From the NCBI GenBank assembly GCA_002269645.1, contig NIVC01001484.1, positions 1 through 64,000 on the forward strand: a stretch of DNA of 64,000 nucleotides, given 5' to 3'. A program made the translations under genes and the position numbers. The stretch's first letter is position 1, and each line of letters begins with the position of its first letter. Below are positions 16,155 to 26,907 of this stretch, piece by piece. The DNA is from Macrostomum lignano. Lineage: Eukaryota. Under the pieces are notes generated by a model. The model ran no database searches, had not been told where the DNA came from, and was given only the letters and a program-made list of their open reading frames with translations.

Positions 16155-17254
16155 TTAATCGTCCTCATTGATAGTAGAATGCGACGGTCCAGCGATTGGA
16201 GTAGACTCCATTTGGCCCAGTGACACGTCGCCTCCGCGTTTGTCTCGCGAAAAAATAATTTCGTCGTCTCCGCAGCGTACTTGCATTATTTGTACATTGC
16301 GGAATGATGCGAACATTTCAGGAGAGCACTGGAACACAAATGTGTCCCTCCGAACTTCCTGGTTATCAGGCGGTCTCGCAGTCGATTGGGTCTTTTGGAC
16401 TGGCTCAAAGATTTGCTGACTCGACTGAGCCCTTTCAAACCACTCCGTCAAGTCAGAGTCATTGGCAGGATATTGGCGAACATTGGCCCTGGTACAATTT
16501 AGCGAAATATCATTGCCATATTCTTGCACTTGGGCTCCTTGAACCTCTAGGGTGTCGCCCACAGTCCAGTGATTCACCAGACTTGCACTGTCGGCCCAGA
16601 ATGTGCAGGAGACAGACGATGCCGAGTCATCGACCAGTGTCACCTTGGCCAAGTTAGTGGTAGTTCCTCGTTTTGTTTGGATTTCCCTTTGCGCCATAGT
16701 ACTGGAAATGACGCCTCGAATGTCAACCTTCCTACATGACCATTGAAGAATTTTGCCATTAATTGTTAATCACATCCAAAACGAATGTTGCTTAGAATGA
16801 ATGGTACGAGTACGACTTTAACTTACTTTCTCAGTGTAAAGGTTGAGAGAACGCCAATTTTTATGTACTGGGCTTTGCGCTGCTGGACAATTTCGTTGCT
16901 AGCAACAAGGACTCCATCTTTATCCACTGACAGAGTCATTTCGAGCTCGTTGTCGGTTGAGTTGTACATAGAATTTGAGGCTTTCAACCAACCACCAGAT
17001 ACGCGCACGGCCGTAGCGTTTTTGCACAAGTAATGGTGTGTTCTCAAATTTGTTCCGAACACGCTTACCCGAATCTCGCTGTCTTCGTCTGCAAGATTAA
17101 AAGAGAACACTTGGCCAGTTCCCTTTGCGTTTGAATAATTTCTGATGTCCGTTAGCATTGACACCAATCCGATTATTGCGCCCTTCATCATGCCGGACAC
17201 CAGCGCAGCGATGTTCAGCCTCTGCTGATTGGGCACTGTGCAGGAACCTTCCAT
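16155..17254 (-). CDS. Helitron-borne RPA70-like single-strand DNA-binding protein (two OB folds), 334 aa; exons 17254-16827 and 16731-16155
   Basis: Exon 1 IRNYSNAKGTGQVFSFNLADEDSEIRVSVFG...NELEMTL matches RPA70 DBD-A. Exon 2 KVDIRGVI...VTLVDDSASSVSCTFWAD...GAQVQEYGND.SL...LTEWFE matches DBD-B. The 95-nt intron is GTAAGT...TGTAG, phase 2, in frame. Confidence 0.85.
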
Positions 17255-17797
17255 TATAATTTGATTAGCACAGTTTATAATTGATTTAATTGACAAATAG
17301 TAATGCACTTATCTTTATTGTTGACACGCGGTGGCTGCTGTAGATGAAGAAAGATTATCTTTATTGTTGACACGCGGTGGCTGCTGTAGATGAAGAAAGA
17401 TTTAGTTTTGACTTTGATTTGAAGCGTGAATTATTTTTCGGGCTTTAATCCCAACCGCTTAGGCTTACCTGTATGCGTCATAGACGCCTAAGTGGCACAT
17501 GTACTTTTTAACATAGACGTACAAGCTGCGATGTTCTGCTCGAGAATGCGTATCATAGATCACGCACAAACGCACACACACACACACACTTGTGCTTTTA
17601 CATCGATAACTTGTTATTCAATGACAATCCGATAGAAAGGATATATTTTTCTGTATTTACACATGCGTGTAAGTTGACAGTGTGCATTTTATTTATTTAT
17701 CACGATTGAGCAGCTGCAACACCCAACCCCAGAGATTGACAGTGTGCATACTATTTCGTCTTAATAGTAATTGTGAGCAATCCTTTTAGATGGCCAT

Positions 17798-18463
17798 TCA
17801 AACAGTCAGCACTTCAGGGTACACGACATTTCTCGTCTTATCTCCAGAGATTCGGACCCGTACATTGGCCGCATTCTTTGCTCGCGACAGCGCAGTGTAC
17901 AGCTGGCCGTGCGCAAAACAGCCGACAGCCAGGTCGATGCCCACGGTGTCGAGCGACTGGCCCTGTGACTTGTGGATCGTCAGGCAAAAGCTCGGCTTAA
18001 CTGGGAACTGCAGCCGCTTGAAGCAGACTGGCAGGTCAGCATTGTTGGGCTGCAGCGGAATCCTCGGCAGTAAGATTTCATCACCAGAGAACTGGCCGGC
18101 AGCGACCTTGCAGCGCAGCACGTTCTCGCCCAGCTCCAGGATGATCAGCCGGGTGCCGTTGCACAGCCTTGGCGGATTCAGATTCCGCAGCAGAACCAGC
18201 GGCATGCCCACCTTGAGCTTAAGCAGGTGAGTAGGAAAGTTCGGAGCATCCAGCTGGTTCAGCAGCTCCGGAGGAAAGTGCGTGGCCGCTTCCTCGTCAG
18301 CCACGCTGTCCACTGAGCGATACTCTCGCAGTTGGCCTGGGAACATTACCAGGCACTCGCTGTTGATCGCGTCAACCGCATCGTTGTAGGGCGCCAGGAT
18401 TGCCCGGCTTGAAAAGTAGCCGTCACGCTCCGCTGACGCCTCGAACGAAGGGTACACGAACAC
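17798..18463 (-). pseudogene. C-terminal fragment of Helitron PIF1-like (SF1B) helicase
   Basis: RAILAPYND, LKLKVGMPLVLLRNLNPPRLCNGTRL, LPRIPL, FKRLQFPVKPSFCLTIHKSQGQSL, FAHGQLYTALSRA, TRNVVYPEVL; Walker A/B motifs absent and no own ATG. Confidence 0.92.
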
Positions 18464-19233
18464 GAAGGGTACATGATGCCATTCGCGACCAACTGTGGCA
18501 AAAGTTCAACTGCACGACAGGCCAACTCGTGCCGAAGGGTAGCGGCATCGGTTTCATGCGGTGTGCCACGTAGCTGGTCGCACACGGCATGAAAAAAGCA
18601 GTTGCCATCGCCAATGGTGGTATTGACCTGCAACTGACTAAAGGGCACAATAGATTCGACACAAGGTAACCTGGTGACAGATTCACCGCGCCGACAATCA
18701 GCCTGTCTCTGCCGCTGCTCTTCCAGACGGGTAATCCGCTCAGCCTCGTCCTCAGCAGCGCGAAACTCAGCCTGTCTCTGCCGCTGTTCCTCCAGACGGG
18801 CAATCCGCTCAGCCTCGTCTTCAGCAGCGCGAAACAAAGCCTGTCTCTGCCGCTGTTCCTCCAGACGGGCAATCCGCTCAGCCTCGTCTTCAGCAACGCG
18901 ACACTCAGCCTGTCTCTGCCGCTGTTTCTCCAGACGGGCAATCCGCTCAGCCTCGTCTTTAGCAACGCGACACTCAGCCTGTCTCTGCCGCTGTTCCTCC
19001 AGACGGGCAATCCGCTCAGCCTCGTCTTCAGCAACGCGACATTTAGCCTGTCTCTGCCGCTGTTCCTCCAGACGGACAAACCGCTCAGCCTCGTCTTCAA
19101 CAGCGCGGCGCTCGGCGTCTCGCCGCCGCTGCTCTTCCAGACGGGCATCGCGCTCTCCAGCAGACTCGGCCAGTCGTCTTTTCTTTGCGTCACGGCTTCT
19201 CTTCAAATGGCTTGCGCCACGGCGCACCATCAT
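18462..19233 (-). pseudogene. N-terminal part of the Helitron Rep-helicase ORF: 23-aa STPR-like repeats plus OTU-like protease N-half
   Basis: 69-bp / 23-aa tandem repeat AEDEAERIARLEEQRQRQAECRV, followed by NTTIGDGNCFFHAVCDQL (OTU catalytic-Cys motif); cut at about 18462 and out of frame with the helicase fragment. Confidence 0.8.
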
Positions 19234-22200
19234 ACAGTGGGGCTAAATAGATAAAGCACTATTAGAGGGTTCAAAAACCAAAGAAAAGAAAGAAGGAAAG
19301 GAAGCAGTGGGCTACATAAAAACCAAGCAGCCTACAGCTATTAGCATTATAATCTATGGCCAAAACCGTTTGCAAGCTCTCACTGCCGAAAAAATACATT
19401 AGCGAGATGGGCAAAAACCTGTTTTCTGACAATTAAGAGGCCTCTTTAATTTGGATAGCTTATTAAAAATACGTGTACCGATTCCGGACAATTTGCCATC
19501 TAATGGTGCAAAAACGGAGAAAATCGGTCATTCCGTTCGCAAGATTTTCTGTTACAAGCAAACAAACAAACAAACAAACTCAACTTTAGTATATAAGACT
19601 AGCAATTTAAGCCCCCCGTTGGGGGACGCAAGAATGACGCTAAATGGTTTTTATTTTGGCCTATGAGTAATAACCTTACCCCCAGTAAGCCTTGACATCT
19701 CAGTGATTCCCCCAGTAAGCCTTGACATCTCAGCAATTCCCTCAGTAAGCCTTGACATCTCAGTAATTCCCCCCAGTAAGCCTTGACATCTCAGCAATTC
19801 CTCCCAGTAAGCCTTGACATCTCAGCAATTCCCCCCAGCAAGCCTTGAAATCTCAGCAATTTCCCGATTAAGCCTTGAAATCTCAGCAATTCCACCAGTA
19901 AGCCTTGACAACTCAGCACTTCCCGAGTAAGCCTTGACATCTCAGTAATTCCCCCAGTTAGCCTTGACATCTCAGCAATTCCCCCAGTTAGCCTTGACAT
20001 CTCAGCAATTCCTCCTAGTAAGCCTTGACATATCAGCAATTCCCCCCAGCAAGCCTTGAAATCTCAGCAATTCCCCGAGTAAGCCTTGAGATCTCAGCAT
20101 TTCCCCAGTAAGCCTTGACATCTCAGCAATTCCCCCCAGCAAGCCTTGAAATCTCAGCAATTCCCCCAAATAAGCCTTAACAACTCAGCAATTCTCCCCA
20201 AGCCTTGACATCCCAGCAATTCCCCCAAATAAGCCTTGTCATCTCAGCAATTCCCCCAGTTGCCATGAATCAAAACCTTCACCAGCCAAAGTTTCCTTCA
20301 TCAGCCCAAAAGCCTTTCTCATTCAACAAATAGTACTTATCCTTTCAAGCACAAGCTCTTAGTGCATGTCGTCATTGGCCTGGGCGTATTCTGGTCCGCA
20401 GCAGGAGCTCAATATGCCATAAGCCTTGATGACATCTCATCAATTTCCCCAGTAAGGCATGACATCTCAGAAATTCCCTTAGTAAGCCTTGACATCTCAG
20501 TAATTCCCCCAGTAAGCCTTGACATCTCAGAATTCCCCCAGTAAGCCTTGAAATCTCGGAAATTCCCCCAATTAGCCTTGAAGTCGCAGCAATTCCCCCA
20601 GTAAGCCTTGACAACTCAGCAATTCCCCCAGTTAGCCTTGACATCTCAGTAATTCCCCCAGTTAGCCTTGACAACTCAGCAATTCCCCCAGTTAGCCTTG
20701 ACATCTCAGTAATTCCCCCAGTTAGCCTTGACATCTCAGAATTCCCCCAGTAAGCCTTGAAATCTCGGAAATTCCCCCAATTAGCCTTGAAGTCGCAGCA
20801 ATTCCCCCAGTAAGCCTTGACAACTCAGCAATTCTCCCCAGTAAGCCTTGACATCTCAGCAATTCCCCAAAGTAAGCCTTGACATCTCAGCAATTCCCCC
20901 AGTAAGCCTTGTCATCTCAGCAATTCCCCCAGTTACTATGAATCAAAACCTTCACTCAGCAGTCTGCAGTTATCCCCTCAACAACTTGCACTTAATCATT
21001 CACAGTTATTATCCACTTAAACTCTGTAGATAGTTATCCCATCGGAAGTTTGCAGCTATACACTCATAAGTCTGGAGGAACTACCTCAGCAGTTTTTCGT
21101 TTTTCAACTTTTCAGTCTAAATGAATGATACCTTCGATATTTGATCATTCCATTTGCAGCTCTACAACAATTCTCATTTATCCCCTCAGCAGTCTGCAGT
21201 TTTCCTCTTTGCTGGCTCCTCAGTATCCTCAGGAAGCTGCAATGATCCTTTCAATAATTGTACGGCTCATTATATAATCAATTTTCGATAGATATTGGCA
21301 GTCTTTTGCACATCAATGCAACGAAGATTTTGCATCGTCTGCAATTTAGCGATTAGTCCAGGCAGGTACAAGCTACGCGTAATTTATTATACGCGTATTT
21401 TATCTCCCACGTGCATACTCTGAAGCTTGCGAATAATTTAATTATTTATAGCTCGTAGCATCAGCTCAAGAAGTTAAAGTTTAGTCTATGGCCATAGACG
21501 TATTATTATTTTTCGAGCTCTCACTGCGACAAAAATACACTAATTAGATAGGGAAAATACAGTTTTTTGAATATTTAAGACCTTTAGAATTGAAGCAGAT
21601 AAAAGAAATGTTAACCATACAATCCTTGGCTGATTTGCAATGTTTTGGCGAAAACGCGATCAAAATTGGTCATGAATTGCAGTCTGTAGAGCGTTTTACA
21701 CGGACATAGATTAGAGATTTAGTATATAAGACTAGCAATTTAAGCCCCCCGTTGGGGGACGCAAGAATGACACCAATTGGTTTTTATTTTTGCACAAGAG
21801 TAACTTTACTATAATCGTCCAAAAAATTGATTTCCATTAATCAAAAATTACCTTTTCTCATTTTGGCAGAAATAAATTGCCATTAAACCAAACTTTCATT
21901 AGCCAAAAAGTTTCCTTCATCAGCCCAAAACCCTTTCTAAATCAGCAAATAGTGCTTATCCTTTCAAGCACAAACTCTTGATGGATATCGTCAATGGCCG
22001 GGGCATATTCTGATCCGCAGCAGGAGCTCAATATGCAAATCCCTGACGCCCTTAGACCCTCTCTCTATATTAGCCTAAATCAAAGGATCAAACCTTTAAT
22101 GAATGCGCTGGTATTTCCTATTAGCAGAAATCAGCATCACTTGTGTGTACTTTTTCATTATCTGAATTACATGAGCTACTTGAGCCGTACTACCTGACTA

Positions 22201-24318
22201 TCTGACAATCGCCTAACAATCTAACACCCTCCCAACAATTCAGCCATCGTCCATGGGCCTTGACATCTCAGCAATTCCCCCAGTAAGCCTTGAGATCTCA
22301 GAAATTCCCCCAGTAAGCCTTTAGATCTCAGTATTTCCCCAGTAAGCCTTGAGATTCAAGTAAGCCTTTAGATCTCAGCAATTCCCCTAGTAAGCCTTGA
22401 CATCTCAGTAATTCCCCCAGTAAGCCTTGAGATCTCAGCAATTCCCCCCGTAAGCTCTGAGATCTCAAAACTTTTCCCAGTAAGTCTTGAGATCTCAGCA
22501 TTTCCCCAGTAAGCCTTAACATCTCAGCAATTCCCCCAGTAAGCCTTGACATCTCAGCAATCCCCCCAGTAAGCCTTGAAATCTCAGTAATTCCCCAGTA
22601 AGTCTCGAATCTCAGTAATTCCTCAAGTAAGTCTTGACTTCTCACAATTCCCCCAGTAGGCCTTGACAACTCAGCAATTCCCCAGTAAGCCTTGACATCT
22701 CAGTAATTCCCTAGTAAGCCTTGACATCTCAGTAATTCCCCCAGTAAGCCTTGAGATCTCAGCATTTCCCCAGTAAGCCTTGACATCTCAGCAATCCCCC
22801 CAGTAAGCCTTGACATCCCAGTAATTCCCCCAGTAAGCCTTGACATCTCAGTAATTCCCCCAGTAAGCCTTAAGATCTCAGCAATTCCCCCCGTAAGCTC
22901 TGAGATCTCAAAACTTTTCCCAGTAAGTCTTGAGATCTCAGCATTTCCCCAGTAAGCCTTAACATCTCAGCAATTCCCCCAGTAAGCCTTGACATCTCAG
23001 CAATCCCCCAAGTAAGCCTTGACATCTCAGTAATTTCCCCAGTTAGCCTTGGTATATCAGCAATTCCCCCAGCAAGTCTTGAGATCTCAGCATTTCCCCA
23101 GTAAGCCTTAACATCTCAGCAATTCCCCAGTAAGCCTTGACATCTCAGGAATAACCCCATTAAGCCTTGAAGTCTCAGCAATTCCCCCAGTAAGCCTTGA
23201 CAACTCAGCAATTCCCCCCAGTAAGCCTTGAAATCTCAGTAATTCCCCAGTAAGTCTCGAATCTCAGTAATTCCTCAAGTAAGTCTTGACTTCTCACAAT
23301 TCCCCCAGTAGGCCTTGACAACTCAGCGATTCCCCAAGAAAGCCTTGAAATCTCAGTAATTCCCCAGTAAGCCTTGACATCTCAGCAATTCCCCCAGTAA
23401 GCCTTGACATCTCAGCAATTCCCCCCAGTAAGCCTTGAAATCTCAGTAATTCCCCAGTAAGTCTCGAATCTCAGTAATTCCTCAAGTAAGTCTTGACTTC
23501 TCACAATTCCCCCAGTAGGCCTTGACAACTCAGCAATTCCCCAGTAAGCCTTGACATCTCAGTAATTCCCTAGTAAGCCTTGACATCTCAGTAATTCCCC
23601 CAGTAAGCCTTGACATCTCAGCAATTCCTCCCAGTAAGCCTTGACATCTCAGCAATTCCCCCCGGCAAGCCTTGAAATCTCAGCAATTCCCCGAGTAAGC
23701 CTTGAAATCTCAGAAATTCCCCAGTAAGTCTCGAATCTCAGTAATTCTTCCAGTTAGTCTTGAAGTCTAAGCAATTCCCCCAGTAAGCCTTGACATCTCA
23801 GCAATTCATCCAAGAAAGCCTTGAAATCTTAGCAATTTCCTGAGTAAGCCTTGAAATCTCAGAAATTCCCCCAGTAAACCTTGACAATTCAGCAATTCCC
23901 CCGAGTAAGCCTTGAAATCTCAGAAATTCCCCAGTAAGTCTCGAATCTCAGTAATTCTTCCATTTAGTCTTGAAGTCTAAGCAATTCCCCCAGTAAGCCT
24001 TAACATTTCAGCAATTCCCCCAGTAAGTCTTGAAATCTCAGCAATTCCCCCAATAAGCCTTGAAGTCTCAGCAATTCCCCCAGTAAGCCTTGAAATCTCA
24101 GAAATTCCCCCAGTAAGCCTTGAGAACTTAGCAATTCCACCCAGTAAGCCTTGAAATCTCAGTAATTCCTCCAGTAAGTCTTGACTTCTCACAATTCCCC
24201 CAGTAGGCCTTGACAACTCAGCAATTTCCCCAGTTGCCATGAATCAAAACCTTCACCAGCCAAAGTTTCCTTCATCAGCCCAAAACCCTTTCTCAATCAG
24301 CAAATAGTACTTATCTTA

Positions 24319-24750
24319 TTAGATATCTTGAACGAAATTGAAGCCAGAAAAATGCCTAAAGTAAGAAAATGTTGAACTAAATTTTTGAAAATCCCACCTG
24401 AAGCTTCGTTCCGGCTGAAGACTTGCTCGATACCGCAATTGGCTCGACCTCAACCGGTTCTCTCTATGCAAATCAGATTCGTTGGCCATTCGCCGACTTG
24501 AGCGTTGCTGTAAATCTTTCAGACGGGCTTCCCGCTCTTCTACCGACTCGACCGCCCTCCGCTGAGCTGAGCGCTCCTGGTCGTCTTTCAGACGGGCTTC
24601 CCGCTCTTCTACCGACTCGACCGCCCTCCGTTGAGCTGAGCGCTCCCGATTGTCATTCAGGCGCTGCTCGCGAGCATCAGCAGTCTCCTCTTGGCGACGT
24701 CGCTTTGCTTCCCGACTCTTTTGCAGGGCACTTTTTGCGCGCTTAGCCAT
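24319..24750 (-). pseudogene. Second Helitron ORF 5' fragment with STPR-like repeats, embedded in unit 2
   Basis: MAKRAKSALQKSREAKRRRQEETADAREQRL...(ESVEEREARLKDDQERSAQRRAV) aligns by eye with element A's MMVRRGASHLKRSRDAKKRRLAESAGERDARL; ORF runs into the unit body at about 24317. Confidence 0.75.
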
Positions 24751-26736
24751 TGTAAATATAAATGTTTCTATCGCAACAATGTAACAGTACGAAGTACAAT
24801 GTAAAATGGTAGGAGTGTAAGAACAGGGAAAGCATATCAATTATAAAACGATGTCTATCAACATACGCGACTCGATGAAAGCTTAGTAATGCAGTTCTCT
24901 TTCTCACTACTTTGGAAGCTGCGATCTTTTAACATCCTCTCACACCGATGTACAGGAAGATTCCTATGGTCTATGGTTGAGTGAGACGAAGTTGACTCAG
25001 ATGCCTCAACAGCGTAAGAACACAATGTAAGATATATAATGGTGTATATGGTATGAAAAACTGAGTAGCATCAGCTCAGTCTTGAAAATGAAGAGAAATT
25101 GAAGTTTAGTCTGTGGCCATAGACGTATTATTATTTTTCGAGCTCTCACTGCGACAAAAATACACTAATTAGATAGGGAAAATACAGTTTTTTGAATATT
25201 TAAGACCTTTAGAAGTGAAGCAGATAAAAGAAATTTTGAACCATACAATCCTTGGCTGAGTTGCAATTTTTTGGTGAAAACGCGATCAAAATTGGTCAAG
25301 AATTGCAGTCTGTGGAGCGTTTTACACGGACATAGATTAGAGATTTAGCCAATTTTTCTGAAATCTATCGCATACCGACAGACAACTCATTTTTAGTATA
25401 TAGGACTAGCAATTTAAGCCCCCCGTTGGGGGGCGCAAAAATGACGCCAAGTGGTTTTTATTTTGGCCTATGAGTAATAACCTTACTAATTATTAAAAAT
25501 CCATTAATCAAAACTTACTTTTTCAAATTTTTGGCAAAAATAAATTGCCGTGAATCAAAACCTTCACCAGCCAAAGTTTCCTTCATCAGCCCAAAACCCT
25601 TTCTCATTCAGCAAATAGTACTTATCCTTTCAAGCACAAACTCTTAGTGCATTTCGTCATTGGCCTGGGCATATTCTGGTCCGCAGCAGGAGCTCAATAT
25701 GCCATAAGCCTTGATAACATCTCAATAATTTCCCCAGTAAGCTTTGTCATCGCAGAAATCCCCCCAGTAAGCCTTGATATCGCAGCAATTCCCTCAATAA
25801 GCCTTGACATCGCAGCAACGCAAAGGCGAGCCTTGGCATCAACGCAATTCCTCTCAGTAAGCCTTGACAATTCAGCAATTCCTCTCAGTAAACCTTGACA
25901 ATTCAGCAATTCCCCCAGTAAGCCTTGACATCTCAGCAATTCCCCCCAGTAAGCCTTGAAATCTCAGTAACTCCCCAGTAAGTCTCGAATCTCAGTTATT
26001 CTTCCAGTAAGTCTTAAAGTCTAAGCAATTTCCCCAGTAAGCCTTGACATCTCAGCAATTCATCCAAGAAAGCCTTGAAATCTCAGCAATTCCCCCAGTA
26101 AGCCTTGAAGTCTCAGTAATTCCCCAGTAAGTCTCGAATCTCAGTAATTCCTCCAGTAAGTCTTGACTTCTCACAATTCCCCCAGTAGGCCTTGACAACT
26201 CAGCAATTCCCCCAGTAAACCTTGAAATCTCAGAAATTCCCCCAGTAAGCCTTGAAGTCTCAGCAATTCCCCCAGTAAGCCTTGACAACTCAGCAATTCC
26301 CCCAGTAAACCTTGAAGTCTCAGAAATTTCCCCAGTAAGCCTCGACATCGCAGCAATTACCCCATTAAGCCTTGACATCTCAGAAATCCCCCCAGTAAGC
26401 CTTGACATTGCAGCAATTAAACTCGAGCCTTGGCATCTACGCAATTCTCCCAGTCCAGTAAGTCTCGAGATTGCAGCAATTCCCCCAGTAAGCCTTGACA
26501 ACTCAGCAATTCATCCAAGAAAGCCTTGAAATCTCAGCAATTTCCTGAGTAAGCCTTGAAATCTCAGAAATTCCCCCAGTAAGCCTTGAAGTCTCAGAAA
26601 TTTCCCCAGTAAGCCTCGACATCGCAGCAATTCCCCCAAGTAAGCCTTCACATCTCAGTAATTTCCTCAGTAAGCCTTGACATCTCAGTATTTCCCCCAG
26701 TAAGCCTTGACATCTCAGCAATTCCTCCCAGTTAGC

Positions 26737-26907
26737 CTTTGGCTGGTGAAGGTTTTGATTCATGGCAATTTATTTTTGCCAAAAATGAGAAAAAGTAAGT
26801 TTTGATTAATGAATTTTGAATAATAAGTAAGGTTATTACTCATTGGCCAAAATAAAAACCACTTGGCGTCATTCTTGCGTCCCCCAACGGGGGGCTTAAA
26901 TTGCTAG
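26737..26907 (+). mobile_element. Inverted copy of the Helitron unit 3' terminal about 170 bp
   Basis: Plus strand reads ...CATTCTTGCGTCCCCCAACGGGGGGCTTAAATTGCTAG|T (CTAG 26904-26907), the reverse complement of 25406-25575-type ends. Confidence 0.85.

Larger units (their letters stand above)
15541..19598 (-). mobile_element. Internally deleted coding Helitron (element A)
   Basis: 5' end TCTTATATACTAAAGTTGAG(TTTG)n at 19598; 3' hairpin CTCCCCGAAGGGGGG plus CTAG at 15541; contains STPR-like/OTU, PIF1 helicase C-terminus and RPA70-like genes; no Rep (HUH) domain visible. Confidence 0.88.
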
